Shown: positions 33,901 to 49,258, counted from the first letter of the stretch. The stretch is DNA of 64,000 nucleotides from Euglena gracilis (GCA_039621445.1 CP154954.1:3415715-3479714), one strand, 5' to 3'. A program made the numbers and translations. The notes: a model not told the origin generated them from the letters alone.

Positions 33901-36900
33901 TCTGGTAGCTCTTGAATTTTTGTCAATCCTCCAAAATTTGTGTGGCCAATGAAATTTCTGGCTTGTTCTTTTGCTGGGGTAGGTGGAAAGTGAAACATTT
34001 GCAACACTTTGGGGTGAGCATGGGTTTTCCACAAGGGGAGACATCCCCCCAACCTCTGAAGAGACGGGACTCCTTCCATCTTTCTTCCTAACTCAGGATA
34101 ATCTTTAGCATCCTTTTCTCCCACTCCCCTGGCTGCTGCTGCAGGTTGGGGCCTTGGGCCCCCTGGTTGGGGCTGGTTGATGTTGAACGTGGGGTAGGAG
34201 CATCTTGCTCCTTCCCCAGCATGGTGGATTGACTTCTGTTCACCCCAAACTGGGGGCTGACTTGTACCCTCTCCAGGGGCCTGGATGTCAGGGCTTCCCT
34301 CTGCCCTTTGTTCTGTAATGGACCAGGAGGGAGGAATGAGATTTCACTGGGTGCCATACCCTTTGGATGTCCAGGGACTTCTCTAGACTTGGCTGCCATA
34401 GCCTCCTGTTCCACCCTTGAATCCTCCTTTGAACCCCTTAAATCCTCCTTTCAATTTCCAGCCTCGGCTGCCTGTGGGTGTGGTAAAATGCCACCATTCC
34501 ACCCTACCCACTGGTGTGTTCATACCAGCACTGTGCAGCTGCTCTGAAGCCTCTCCACCTGGAGGTCTTTTTTTGAAAAAAGAACATTTGCTCCACTTCG
34601 ACGCTTTCGTTCTCATAGAAGGCCTTGTTCTAACTCCGCCATGGCGAAGAAGAGTTGCTGGGAGAGGACTCGATAGTCCTCTGGGAATGCATCCACTTGA
34701 CTGTAGTTGGTGGCCATCATCCTCATCAAATGGATTACCTTTTGTTGTACCCCTTTGAGCGTCTTGTCAATGGGGGCCGTGGTGTCCTGGTTGTGGTTGT
34801 TGCCCTCAGCTCGCTTTTTTAGGTCCTGGAATTTCGGCCACTCGTTCAGGGCGTGTTTCCAGCGTAATCTTGTACCCACCGCCGCCTGCTTGCGGCAGGC
34901 CGACAGCTCCTGGAGAAGTGGGGTCAGATCCTCTTGCCAAAGGAGCCGCTCAGCTGTTTTCCCCGCCGCCACCTACTCCTCGTCCTCCTCGTCCTCCTCT
35001 GCCATCGCAGCGCTTGTCGCGGCCTTCTGCTTCCCCTTCTTCTCGGCGGTGGCGCCTTCCAGCAGCGTATGCCCACGTCGCGGCCAGCCTGAAGGCACAC
35101 TCTCCAGCTCTCTGGCAGTTCTCCAACAGCAGCAAGAAAGTACGGAATGCGCTGTTGTGCTTTGCTTCGTCTCCAGATGGTAAATACAGCATTGTGAAAC
35201 TCATTTTGTCGTTCGAAGGACGATTATGATCCGCCAACTCCGGCAACAAAAAGCAGTACGAAAGAACCCGCCAAAAAACAACGGCACAACAAGCCGGCAA
35301 AAGAAGCAGGACGTCACTCCCAGAGTGTGCGCAGCCGGTATGGTCTGGCCTGAAAGCCCTTTTGAGTCAACACTTCATAACGGCACTGGAAGCAGTGCCA
35401 AAATACCCTGGACAGGGGTATAAATGCATGGCTCTTGTAACTTGGTATTCCGCCGTGTTGTTTGGGTTTCTTTTAAACTAAATCCTACTGGGCAAAAAGT
35501 GCAAAAAGAAAAACATCCACACTAAACCTACTCCTCCATCCACGGAAATGCCTGATGCAAAACTTTCCAGCGAGATGACCCCACGCTGTGCGCAGGAAAA
35601 GGAGGGACTGAACCATGGAGACTGGGCCGAGAAGCTGTGAGAACTGCGCGCGCGGAGCACACTCCCTTTCCGCTGCCACACCGTATGGGGGGCAGTTCAC
35701 GTCAGGGGGGAAGTTCATGTCCTCAGTTAATGCAGCGGCGCACGCAATCGCAAGCAAGGAAGTCAAGGCGCAAGGCAGAGGAAAACGCCCGCAATGGCAA
35801 GCAGGGCAGCCAATTCGCAAGGCAGAGGAAAGCAACACAGACAAGCCCCCGTGGGGCGAACGAGGCAGGGGCCGTGGCAGGGCTGAACCGGCAGGGGTGG
35901 GCGGAGGGGGCGGGAGGACAATGTACAGAGGCAGCATCCGGGTGGCTGACAGGACCACTGGGCGGAGACGTTTGTGTTTGGCAGGTTGGCAGGACGACAC
36001 CATTGCGAAACCAAGCCCACCCGCCCCCCCCCCCCCGGGGGGTCAATTTCCGTTTCAAAAGACCAGGCAGTCACTTTTGAAACCAGTCACTCACTGCCCA
36101 CCCTCGGTGTCTCAGAAAAAGGCCGGATCAGGAATCCAATCTTTGGCACAATGCAGGCCCGTGGACCAAACCGTGGACAAATACCGGTCAGTCTGGGTCC
36201 ACGCCGGTGGGGTGGGGGAGAAGTTTAGGGGAACAGCAAGCCCGGCTCAGCTTCTGCCTGGGAGACCAATAGGGAGGGGCTGGGAGGTCCCAAGGTCTCA
36301 ACCTGGGGGGGTGCGTACGAAAACCATCGGCATTCCAACCACCGGTAATGTCCTCTTGTGCCACAGAAAACACAGCCAGAGTCACACAACCCCCTGGATT
36401 GCTCAACTCCGAAGAGCTATTCTGACAAAGGATGTCGTCCAATGGTCAATTTCTGTGCATAAAATCCGCAGCTCATTTGCACATAGAAAAAAAAACAGAC
36501 CAGAAGGCTAAAACTTCAAAGCCAACATCACGGGGGTATGCAGGTACACAACCAACCAATGTGCACACTCCGCAACTTGAGATTGGGCCACTTGCATTCG
36601 ATCTCTGTTTGAGACCTCGGGGGATTACGGGACCATCTCAGAGCAGGGCTGGGAGTCAATTCAGTTTGGGAACAACACAGCCCGTCCGGGAAGCCCCTCC
36701 GGGAAGTTTGTGCACGCCCATGCGTACTGGGCATGCACATTGGGATATAACTTGGGTATGCATGTGGCCTGTACATGCAGCGTACATGTGTACACATCAC
36801 CAGCGCCATGTGTACACCTGTGGAAATATGACAGCGTGCTGGCGCCAGAACGGGTCCCCGCTGAAAGCGTCCGGAAGGGCCAAGAGGCACTGGAGTGGTG

Positions 36901-37294
36901 CAGCACTGGGCTGGAGCCATCGGGTTAGGGCAGCGGCTTTGCAGCCACCGAGTCCGCTCGTGGGGGACGCACGGGGGGCACACACCCCGCGGACACCCGC
37001 ATGGGGCGCGTGGGGTGGCAGAGGGAACGAGGGCGCGAAAGGTAGGGGGGTGGGTGGACTGAGGGCATGGGTGGGCGGGGTGCTGGGGTCAGCCCAAGCA
37101 CAAATGGAACTCGGCATCTGGTGGGAAGCAGCTGCCCTGAAATAAAGCAATGTGAATCAAGTGTGGAAATGCGATGCACATGCCCCCCGTGGCTTTGCTG
37201 AAACATGAGCCGCCGGCAATGGTGCTTTATGGCTCAGCCCCGAAATCGTGAACTTTCAGTGGTGGGTGGTGGGTCATGTTGTGGACGTGCACAT

Positions 37295-37533
37295 CAGGCT
37301 TCTTTTTAAGACCCCCAGGGGGGGGTCCCCCCACCCACCCAGGGTGGCGCGGGACCCCCCGGGGGGGGGGGGACCCCCCCACAAAATCGGGCCCATTAAA
37401 GGCAATTTTCAAAAATTTTCGGCGCTTCGCGCCGAAAAGGTTTACCCAGCGCCTCTGGCGCGGGACCCCCCCCCCGCCACCCACCCCCCTCCCCCGGGGG
37501 GGGGGGGGGTCAGGTGACTTAAAAAGAAGCCTG
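37295..37533. mobile_element. hAT-like MITE
   Basis: Perfect 16-bp TIR CAGGCTTCTTTTTAAG/CTTAAAAAGAAGCCTG and 8-bp TSD GTGCACAT (37287-37294, 37534-37541). Confidence 0.95.
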
Positions 37534-40500
37534 GTGCACATCCACGTGCAAATATGACCGCCTGTGTGCGCATTTAACGGGGGTGCAAATGCAAGGCCTT
37601 TGTATGTGATAATACGGTATGTCAGGTCCATATTTCTGTGTACAAGAAATGAAATGGTGGCAACAAAAATCCGAAATTCCCAAACCCCACACCGGCGTTT
37701 TGTAAATGGCACACTACGCACCAAAACACGATGCAAGCGCCTGGACTGGGCACAACTTCGTCACCTGCCGCTGGTCCCCAAGCCTCCAAGGCCCTAAATA
37801 GTCAGGGTCAAATAGTCAGTTAGTGACAACTGACAATGACCCTGCCATGTAGAGTCCCAAGGCAGCACTGGGGGATGTCTGCGGTGGGGGGCAATCACAG
37901 AGGACAGAGGGAGGGAGACACACATGAGCAGGGGTGCGCCAACACATCAGGCTAGCGGTGGGGGGAATGGAGGCTCCTTGCTGAAAGAGGCACGATGATG
38001 TTTGCCATTGGAGTTGCCAACGATCCTACCTGACAACTGACAGTGGACAGCTGACGGGTTAGAATTGGGCCAAGAAAATCCCATTTTGGAGGAGTTTGGG
38101 TTACTGGACCGGAATGAATGACCCCTTGGATGATCTGTGTGATGCGGTGCATATTGAGGGGCAAGGGTTATTGTCCCTCCATTTTCTTTGAGGCTTCTAA
38201 AGATAAAACGCCCAGAACAATTGTCAAAAAAAGCTCAACTTGAGTTTTTTCCCATTATTCCCCTCAGTCTGAGCGTCCCAGCCAGGGCTGAGGTCAGAGA
38301 GCGGAGGGTATAGCGGGCGGGGGGGGGATTTTTGCAACTTTCGCAGATTTTTTGTGTGTTTTACTGGTTTTCGGCCAAGCACACATATTTTGTGTGCAAC
38401 TTGTTGGGAGGTTGCCAGGGGTTCCTAGGTGCAAATTTGGGTTGTCAACTTTTGGGTCCAACAGCCTGGACCAATGAACTCTGGTCCAAATGCTTGGGAA
38501 AAAGTTGGCACAATGGAAATTAATTTTGGCAGGGAGGCCATTGACCCGCCAGGTGCATTTTGGAGGTCATGGTCAGGGTACACGTGTGGGTTCCCCCAGC
38601 GTTGCAGTTAGGCACAAAGCCAGGCCAGGTAATCACCTTAACCGGTCAAGGAGGACCACCAGACGCCACAGGGCGAAGACAGGTAGTCTCTCCCGGGACT
38701 CAGCCGGCCAGTCTGCCGGCCGCCAGGGGGGGGGGGGGGGGGTTCGGCGCCCCGGACACTGCAGACTGGCGGGTGGAGGCGGGGCGGGGCACGGCACACC
38801 GACAGGTCGGAGGGGAGGGGGGGCCCCTTTTTGCGGCAAAAAAGAACAGCTGGACTGTGTCAGCCCCAGCCCAGTTACCAACAGAAAGGCGTCTGTGAAG
38901 TGGAAAGACCACTGGACGGCTGCGTGGGGGGGGGGGCAGCCATTGCGTAATATCTTGACATTACAGGAGGGGGGAGGTGTCCCTTCTTGAGGACACTGCC
39001 TCGATACCCTTGGACTGGCCAATAAATTTTCAAACGACGCCAGATGTTCAAGGGGGGCTTGACAGTACAGAAAATGGGCTGCCTGGCTCATTTTCCAAGG
39101 GGGCCAAGAATCATGCCAATGTGCTGATTCTGGAGCCTTTTGCAGTTTCATTTGTTTTTTTTTTGGTTCCATCTCGACCCAAACCAAAACCAGTTCCAGC
39201 GGGCAACTCCACGGGGCGATTTTGTGTGATTATGTAAATGATCCAACAAATATTCAAAAAGTTAAAACGGGGGTTTGCTGTGAGGCTCCATATCACTCGT
39301 CCCCATCTCCCTCTCAACGACCCATGTTTATGAACCAGTTGTTGGGCTGTGCTCAGTGAAATATTTCTTTTATTATTGATATCTTTTTATATTTTTCAAT
39401 GATATTTCAGGTTTCTGAGCCTGGGTGCTTTGACCACAGGGTGTTTGGCACATATTGCAATAACAGGGGGGTGAGGGGTGGAAAGGGGGGTATTTGTGAA
39501 TTTCATGGATGCAGGAGCCTGTTATTTTAGGTTTTGGGGGGTTCAAGAAAGGGAGCCCCCGCCACTGCGAACAATTGCACATCCAACTTTTGCATTGAAG
39601 ATTGTTACCGAAAATTCAAATTCGACTGTTTTATGGGAAGGGAGGCAGGGAGTCGCTAAGCGCTATCCTGTGATGGGTGAGGGCGAAGCTAACCCGGGGG
39701 GGAAAGGAGGGGTCCAAATCCCCCCAAGACAGGGCCATTTTGACGAACCATGGAGTCTTGGCACGAACCGACTACCGACCCAAAAAAAATCCGGTGTTGG
39801 GGGAACTCAAACTTGGATGGTCCAAGGGCCGGAGTTTTGCCATGGGGCATTTTTATTGCTCGTGCGCACAGGAGAGACTTCCAATGCGCACCGCCTTGGG
39901 CCCATTTTTCGTTGTTACACGGTTGGTTGTTTTTTTTTTTGGACTTGGGTCCATCAACGGCGCCGCAGACTTTCGGCCGAAACCATTTTCGGCCATTATT
40001 GGTTTAAAATTAATTTTAAATCGATTTAATTTTGAAAAAAAATGAAATGAAAAATGGTGGGGGAGCAAAGGACATGTCCAGCTGCCTGAAATAAAATCCT
40101 GAAGACGGGAACCTTCAGCCCATTTTGGGATCATTTTTTCATTTTTTTATCTCAGTATTTGTACTAATGTATTCTGTATAGTGCTATAATCTCAATTGTT
40201 TTTGTATTATTTCCATTATTCATCCGCCACATTTTGACTTTTCTTTCATTCCCCCCATGTCCAACGAGCGGTAACCTCTGTCTTCCGACCGGGGGAGGGG
40301 GTTGTTGGACATAGGGTTGTGACCAGAAAAGTGTCCTCCGACCGGGGGGGGGTCGTTGGACAAGGGGTCAAAAAAAAATTGGCGGGTACCCGGTACCCCA
40401 CCTGCCCAAAAAGGCCAAAGTTTTCCTTCAGGCGCTTTGCGCCGAAATTTTTGGGCTACTTTAACAAAATTTTGCTCAAAAAATGCCAAAAGACGGCATT

Positions 40501-43500
40501 TTGGTCCATTTTTGGCAGATTTTGGGCACAGGAATTTTCGGCCCGACCCTTCGCGTCGGGACCAAAATTTGGCCTAACCTCCGAAAAGTTGTCCTCTGAC
40601 CTGGGGGTGATCGTTGGACATAGGGGAGTCGTTAGACATAGGGGGGGGGTATTTTTTACAGAAAAAATATTATTCTTACTCTCATTGTTCTTCTTTCTTT
40701 TTCCACCCAGGTTTGAACCATCCTTGTGGATTTGCTGAGCATATATCCACCAGAGAATCGTAATGTGGTTCGATGATCACCCCCCAAGTTTTTCCTGCAA
40801 GAGTTCATCAGCCGCATCAAAAAACCTGGCAAGGTGATATGTGGCCTCCACTTCCTACCATCATGTCTCAGTTTTGGAGCCAGGTGGGACTTTCGGTCTT
40901 TGGGGGTGACAGTTTGGCAGGGAAGCTGGTCAAAGGAAGTTGCCCAATTGTGCAAATCTGATTCTGACTAAATCCAGGTTTTGCTCTTCCGGCCGTCACC
41001 CTTGATCCACCCTTGATACCAGAAAAACAACGACAGCCCTTGTCTTGTCCCCTGCATCTCCCGTCTCCAGCATTTTCACTTTAACACTTAGCAGAAAGGC
41101 AGGAAGCAGCTTCAATCACTCCCCCTTGGCACACCATGCGGAATTGAGCCAGGGTTGACGTTTTTTTTGTTCTTCAACAAAGAACAAAAAATGGCAACGC
41201 AACCACTCGGTGGTGTCCTGGACGATACACCCTGTTGTTTGCTGTCCGCAGTCCTGCAGCACCCTGCTTCGCACACTTTATCCTCCTCCGCCAACCACAG
41301 GTGGGCAAGTGCGAGATCAAAAACAGACAAAGCACCTCCCATACCAGCCCGCTTGGATGTGGAAAATGTACGCCATGGAGTTGTGTGGTGCGGCATGCGG
41401 CTTTGCAACGGGGTACTTCCCCCGGTAGGGAGGGATGCCCTGGATCTGAAGGCATGCACCCCCTGGTCAAGTTGGGACAAAAAAAGGGGAGGCCCGCGGC
41501 GGGAAAGGCCTGCCCCTCAAACCACAGCCCCCACCCCCCACCCCCCACCCACTCCTGCCGGCCAGAAACGAGGTAGGGGGCAACCCAGTGGCCGTCCCGC
41601 GGCCGACATGGCCTGCGTGGGGGGGAGGGAACGAAACGGGGGCCAGGCAGAAAAAAGGGCTTGGTCCGGCTCAACCCAGGGAATCCTGTCAGCTGATCTC
41701 CCCGTGCCAGTGTGCCTGCGTTGAAAAAAAAACACTGTGGAGAAAGGACAGGGGGCACATACAGCAAGGAAGTCTAATAATTTAACACGTGGAAGTCTTC
41801 GGACAATTGTGCAAATGCATCGTCGGTCTGGCCCGTTCGCACAATTCTGCAAGTAGTTCACCTGTGTGCAATTGTGCAAGCGGACCTGCAAATTTTCAAA
41901 AAGAAAAAGTGGCAAGTTTGGTTTGGGGCTCAGCCTCAACTGTCCCAAACAGTTCGGACAAAAAAACACTGCCGGGTATAATTGTCGGCACCAACCAAAT
42001 TCCTGGGCAGGCGCTGGGTTGACTGCACGCAGAGGGCCATGGCCAAGGGCCCACAGAGAGAGCCTCCAAGGATGCAGCGGGGCACAATAAAGCGGTCCGC
42101 AGCCGCACAGAGCGAACGAATAGTCGCGGGGCCGATGGCTTGTCGGGGCACGTCCGCCCCCTCCGGTGGACCCGCACACCGGGGCTGGCGGGGAGGGCGG
42201 TCCGCGGCCAAACGACCAAACCCACCGAGGAGTGGCGGAATACCGTGGGGTGTCCGCTCCTCTTGCCGCACCTGGACCCGAGAGAGAGTGCCGGCACCTG
42301 GTTTGCAAGCAAAAAAATAAAAATATAAAATATACCAAAATAAAGCGAAATAAATCAAAATAAACCAGAAGTACACCATAAATAAATACATACTTCAAAA
42401 TAAAATCATAAAAATTGTATAAAAAAACAAAACTAAATTGAAATAAACATTTTGATTCCAGCTGGGCGGAAAAATGCAACAACCGGGCTTGCAGGGTTAG
42501 TGCCGTCGATGAGCTTAGGGATGGGATGGGGGGGATTAGGCCAACAGACTTTAAAGAAACCCCCTGTAGGTGCATCCCTAAGTTTCCTTGGTCGCAAAGG
42601 CATTGGAAGCCCGAAAATTAGGTGGGGAGGGAGCAAAATTGCAAGCTGTTCTGGGATGACAGCTTGAACACTTTGCACACCAAACTTTGATACTCGACAT
42701 TGGGCCCCCTGCGATTATGCAGGGTGCCAAATTAATGCATTAATAACAGTTGGAGGGTGAGCGGAGTCCTCTGCTGAACGACAAACCCAAGGTAACACAG
42801 GGCCAGCATTCCAAAAGTAAAACGGTCTGTCATCCCGGAGGGGAGGGCGCCCAGACACAAACCATTGGTGGAAGAGCACGGAGGAGGTCCAACTCAAACC
42901 GAGGCAAGGACTTCACGGTGACTCTCAGAGGAATATTGTGTGTCTCAGTGAAGAGAGATCTCAACAGGTCAATATACAGGAGGATGAATCTGGACCCAGT
43001 TGACTGACAAGAAATAATTTAAGCAAAAATTTGATAGCTGTCACAAAAATTTTGCCTCAAAAAACTCCTTAAAAAACATAACCATAAAGGTTTTGGAGAT
43101 TCTAAAACCACGTTATTTGCTGGCTAAAAGTTGAGGGGGGGACACAAAAAAAAACTGCATTCTTGTTTTCTGGGTGATTTTTTGAAACCTGCTGGAAAAT
43201 TCTGCAAGGGGCTCAAAAAAATGCGACAAGCACAAAGGAATGCATCTTTATTTCCTTTGGCAGATTCCCTACCAATAAAATTCCAACACATGAGCGATTA
43301 TAATATTGCTCCCACTTTACCACATATTCAGCATGGCGTTCTGCCTAGAGAATCAAGAAAAAAATAGCCCCAAAACCCAAAGGATAAACATGGCAGAAAT
43401 TTGGGTGCCAGGGGACAAATCAAATCCAAAATGTGCAAATTTTATTCTGAAAACATTTTTCAACAAAACTCAAAAAACCAGGGGGAAAAGCAGTAACACA

Positions 43501-43954
43501 AAAACTGGCAAATATAGAGAAAACGGAAAATACATGCAATTTCCTTCTGTTTTCACGTGATAAACAAAGGTTTTTTAGTGATACAAAGCGATACAAAATA
43601 TCACACACTTTCCCGGGGGTGACAGTTTCCTGGACGGGGTTGGAAAGCATACCACTTGAGTATTGCAGTGAACGGAACGCCATTCGTGCCAGCAGCGAAA
43701 CGGATAAGTATCCCCAAGCGTGGTAACAGCAGCGGGGGAGGTTTGGGTGGTTGCTAACTGGCGGGGGAATATATCGCTGCGCCAAGCGACACCATCGCTA
43801 GGGCTGCCTTTGGCCCGCCTGACTGCGCAGAATCCCCAGTGAACGAGTTTGGCAGGGTGTATTTGTTATCTTTTGCCCCTTGAGTGGATAAATGTGTAAA
43901 ACATGTATAGGTGTATGCATACGTACATCTGTGCACAGATACGTTATGTATACT

Positions 43955-44330
<376 letters not shown>

Positions 44331-44336
44331 CTCCAA

Positions 44337-45013
44337 CAAGTGCCAAGTAAATTTTCAGACCCTGAAAAAATCAAAAAAATGATGGCACCCCACACTCCAC
44401 AGAACCCATCCCAATCGCCCCCCAGAGCTGAGAGCACTGGTGGAGGGGTGCTTTGACAGGTGATTGTGACTGCCCAGTGCCTGGTGGCACCACTGCAGTG
44501 TTGCAGGACAGCAGAAATACAATTTGGCTCCGAGCGATATAAATGTAAAATTTGCTGTTGCACAGGCTTGCACAAACAAAACAAGGACAATGAAATGGAT
44601 CGCCTTTGGTGAATTTCAATGGACCTCTCTCGCATGAAGAGTCTGGTGAAACTGTTGACCTTATCCACTGTGAACAGCCCAGAAGGAAGAAAAAAAATGA
44701 CTGGGGAGCCCATTTCAAGCTGTCAACCCCTGTCACCCCGCCCGGACAGGGAATTGTACACGGAATGTTCTTTATACGCTGGAGCAAGCCTGATTGCAGT
44801 GAATGCGGTTTTGCAAAAGCCGTCTTTTTCCAAAATGGTTTTGCCAAAAGGTCTTTGGTGGTGCCACCAGGCACTGGGCAGTCACAATCACCTGTCAAAA
44901 CACCCCTCCACCAGTTCTCTCAGCTCTGGGGGGCGATTGGGATGGGTTCTGTGGAGTGTGGGGTGCCATCATTTTTTGATTTTTTCAGGGTCTGAAAATT
45001 TACTTGGCACTTG
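44337..45013. mobile_element. Non-autonomous element with ~155-bp terminal inverted repeats
   Basis: 44337-44492 is a near-perfect reverse complement of 44858-45013; it sits between two (TATATG)n tracts. Confidence 0.9.
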
Positions 45014-45039
45014 GGTCTGAAAATTTACTTGCCACACTG

Positions 45040-45066
45040 TATATATCTATATATGTATATATATGC

Positions 45067-45099
<33 letters not shown>

Positions 45100-45171
45100 C
45101 GTATATGTATATGTACATGTGTATGTATATGTATATGTATACGTATATGTATATGTATATGTATATGTATG

Positions 45172-45230
<59 letters not shown>

Positions 45231-45265
45231 GTGTACACGTATATGTATACACATACATGTACGTA
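45040..45265. repeat. (TATATG)n microsatellite
   Basis: Direct reading. Confidence 0.97.
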
Positions 45266-46912
45266 CGTAACGTCCCCCGTCTGGACTGTCATACACGTGT
45301 GTATCTGTATCTTTTTCTGCGTGTGAGTGGGCAGCAAATGAACAGGTTTTCTGTTCTCTGTTTCTCAGGTCGTTTGTTGTGGTCCGTTGGCTCCACAGCA
45401 CAGCCAGGCAAACCCGATGGATGGGAGCGTTGTTGCCACATAGCACGGTGGCCATAATGGATGGGGGGGGGCAACGGCTGGCGTAGCAACGGCGGCGGCT
45501 GCTGGCTGCATTTGTGCCCTAGAAGTGGGAAGGGGCGACGAAAGTTTGGGAAGCTCCCGGCGGTGAGGCGCAGGCGGAATGGCGGAGGACCACCTTGGGG
45601 CACATCAAAGAGCCGATCCATTGGGGTGGGGACAAGAAGCCCCCCTCCCCCCCCCCCCCGCCACTGCTGCCCAGGTCGGTGGTCTTGGCCAAGTTGGCAC
45701 CAACAGCCCCGGGGGGGGGGGGGGGTTACCTCCCCTGGGGGGATCCAAAGGCCCAGACCACGCTTTCACTCACAAACCCCCCAGGAAGTACCGTCACATG
45801 GTGTTAAGTGAATCCATGGGCATTACCAAATCCACAACATGTAAAACCACAGTCATTTTGGTGGGTGTTTTAGCTCATTCTTTATTAATTGGGGATTCAA
45901 CCCGCACATAATGCCATTCTGTGAATGCTTGACGAGATCCAAACCAAACCGATTCCTGAGATCCTCTTTTTTTTAAGCTATTGAACCTAGACTGGTGAGT
46001 AACGTGGTGAAAATGTGCATGCACATTGGGCAACGCCACGTAAAAGCTATCAGTTGACGGCAACTTTGGTCGCCCAAATGAAAGGCATCAGATCAAAGCA
46101 ATCAAAACGTCGCTTGGCAGACCCTAGGCGGGGTGTTGATAACCCCAGGGTAGGGGGGCCGGTCCAGCTTAGAGGCTGGAAATTTTTGGATCCGAGAAAA
46201 GGCTGCTGGCCAACTCCTGCCCCCCCCCCCCCCCATAGGGTTCCTGGGCTGGAACTGGACCCGACCTAGAATGGAATTGGGTACCGAAAAAAATGAAAAC
46301 TGCAAAAATGTTTATAAAAACAGCAAATCATGCAATTATTGGTCACTTTTTGGCCAATATTTGTCTGACTCCCTCGACCCCGAACCCACCACTTATGGGA
46401 CTTCAGGAATTCTCGTACAGCCCTGGTCTCAGGTGGCATGGGCTGGGTTTGGTGTGAACCAACCAAAAAGAAATACACAATAACAAAAAAATCTTCCATG
46501 CAAAATCTGCCCATTCTTGGCCCACGTTGACCCACTTAAAAGGCAAAAAAAATATTATCAAAAATAAAACAGTAATCAAAAATAAGAAAGCATCAGGAAT
46601 CAAAAGTTGGAGGTGAATAAGCAGCTGGACATCCCTCGCGGGAGCTCTGGCGTCAGCGACTCTGCACATCAGACCCATGACTATCCACATGCTCCAGCAC
46701 GCCAGGAAAGACAAAGCCCCATCAGGGGGGGTTCAAATTGCATCACACGGCACTGTAGTGCCAAAATGGCCAAACCAGCACAGCCGCCGGAAGGCCAGGC
46801 ACTGAAACCAAAGACAGGTATTGGGTGGGGGGATGGCAAGTCAGGGGGAGGTCAGCGGGAGCGGTTTCGGGAGGGTGCGGAGGTTGTCAAGGAAAAGGGA
46901 GGGGGCAAAGAG

Positions 46913-47227
46913 CAGGGCGGTCCTTAAGCAAATAAAAAAAAAAACTCCGCTGTCCCAGCACACTCAGTGAAAAATATACAGGAAGATGGGCAAGAAATTT
47001 TGGCATTTTTCAGCGAGAACAGGTCGACATCAGGAAGAAAATTGCTTTCTGGCACCCTTGGACCATCGTCCATCCACCCAAATCATCAAAAACTGTGTTT
47101 TTTGATTGTTTAATTTGTGCCCGCGTTCAAGTCCCAGTCTGGTCCTTAGCCGGCCCTTTGGCCTAAAGGGGGGGCGGTCCTTAAGGAAATAAAAAAAAAA
47201 CTTTCCTGTCCTTTAAGGACCGCCCTG
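46913..47227. mobile_element. hAT-like MITE
   Basis: 15-bp TIR CAGGGCGGTCCTTAA/TTAAGGACCGCCCTG; TSD GCAAAGAG/CCAAAGAG (7 of 8). An internal second copy of the left end starts at 47172. Confidence 0.8.
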
Positions 47228-47972
47228 CCAAAGAGGGATGCAAATCAACGGCACGGGAGGCGGGTGTGGCAGCGGAAAGCGGTGGGTGGGGGGAGCAGGT
47301 CACTTGAATTTGAACCCAGCAGGGGCGATTTTCGGACCATATTCGAGTAGTAGGCAAGCCCTCACACCCCAAAAATGGTGGGTTAGTGGCAGGTTGGTAA
47401 GTGGGTGGGTGGGTGCTGGGGGGAGGAATGAGCTCAGGAATCTCCAGACTCAACCTTCGGCGAGCAGATATATTTTTGGAAGCACATTGGCCAAAGCACT
47501 CCGGAGTTGGAGCATTCTCGAGAAAATGGTTCTGCGAGATATTTCTGAACAGTGTTCTTCCCACGACTATTACTCCCCTCCCACATGAAACTGGCCTGAG
47601 AACCTGTCAGTGTCCGTGGTACTGACCAACCTGGCAAGTGACAGTTTCCTGGAGGGGGGTGGGGGGTAGGTAGAATGGTGGGAAAAATTTAGGTGCTGCC
47701 TTAGGATACATCCAACGATTTACCAAGAATGAATCTCGATGCAATGCCTTGCTTCACCAGTTGTGGTCTTCCCAACGTTGGAATCAAGGCAGGGCACTGG
47801 GGAGGGGGAAGAAACCTGGACGAGAGGAAACGCTGTTGGATAAACAGATTTTTCCGGGTGTTCTAAGCATCCATCCAAGATTTGTCCCAGGAAAGTAAAA
47901 CTAAATCCTGAGTTTCTCCAGCCCAAAATTTTCTTTAACGCATTGTGTCAATGTTCCAGGTGTAAAATTTAC

Positions 47973-48372
47973 TAACCCCCCCCCCCCAAATAATACCCCC
48001 CCCAAATAATACCCCCCCCCCTTGGGGTCCGACTTCGGCCGCCGAAATAATACCCCCCCCCCCTGTTCCGGGCCGAAGGCCCGGATTTTTGACCTGAAAA
48101 TGTCGGTAAAAATCACAATCTCTGACAACAAATTATGAAAACAATGGATTTTTCTGGCTCATCTGACCTCCAAAAATGGTAAATTTCACAAGGAAGTGCA
48201 AAAAATGACCCCAAAGGGCGGTTTTGGGTGCTATTTTGGGTTTTACGGGACTTCGAAAAATTTCGAAAATTTTGGAAAAATAATACCCCCCCCAAATAAT
48301 ACCCCCCCCTCGGGCCGGGACTTCGGGCGAAAAAATAATACCCCGGGGGGGGTATTATTTGGGGGGGTTTAA
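47973..48372. mobile_element. MITE-like element with AATAATACCCCCC subterminal repeats
   Basis: Ends ACCCCCCCCAAATAATACCCC / GGGGTATTATTTGGGGGGGGT are inverted and TA-flanked; a related unit lies at 56170-56557. Confidence 0.7.
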
Positions 48373-49227
48373 CGCGACATTTTTCTCCAAAAGGATCAAA
48401 AAGGTCAAAAATGTCTTCTTTGATGAACTCCCATTCAACGTAGAATTTGGAAATTTCCGATTTTCGCAAATCCGGCCCATGCGCTAACGGGAACGCCGCG
48501 GGCGGCAACAGCAACGCCACGGCGGGGCGGCCTGCGCCGCCTGCCCCGCGGGAACACATCCGGGCCACAAGGCAGCCCGGTCAGTCACGCGGGAGTTGCT
48601 GCGCACGGCACGGGGAGGTGGCATCCTGGCACGAGACCGGGGTAGGACTCCGGTCGCACAGCACCAGGCGGCCCACGGACGACGGAATGAAGCCATCCTC
48701 ACTACACAGCACCCGCCCCCCCTCCCACCCCCTCGGGGGCCAGGGACGGTCCAAAAAATGTTGGCGCTTTGCGGGGAGAATGGGGGGGTGGGGGCATCCT
48801 CCCCGGCAGAGCAGAAAACACACCACTGCCCCTCATCCAGAGGAGATCAGCATGGGACCCGGACCACCCACTCTGCCTCTGACCACCCCTGATTATTGTT
48901 TTTGACAAAACACAAACAAATAATCGCACCATGGACCTTTTTCCAACACTCAAAAGCCCAAAAATTCTGCTCTGTGCCACCTCAGGGGAGTCGACCGTTC
49001 CCGAAATGTCCCGCACGGCCACGCTTGAAAAACCAATCACACAGTCGCCCCTGTGCAGTAGACGCCCCAATGTGGGATGAATGCGCGGAATACTTGTGTT
49101 AAATACACAGGCCGGCGTTTTTCCACGCATCCTTTCATTCTGATATGGCGACTCTCGCAAAGGTGCCTCGATGGAGAACCCGCTGCCCCCAAAACACTTT
49201 GGGAGATTTTGCCATTCCAAACAGTCC

Positions 49228-49258
<31 letters not shown>

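Larger units (their letters stand above)
31900..34975 (-). mobile_element. Decayed DIRS-like (tyrosine recombinase) retrotransposon
   Basis: Order on minus: gag-like (34613-34972), RT, RNase H, MT, YR N-terminal part. No termini were recognised. Confidence 0.85.
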
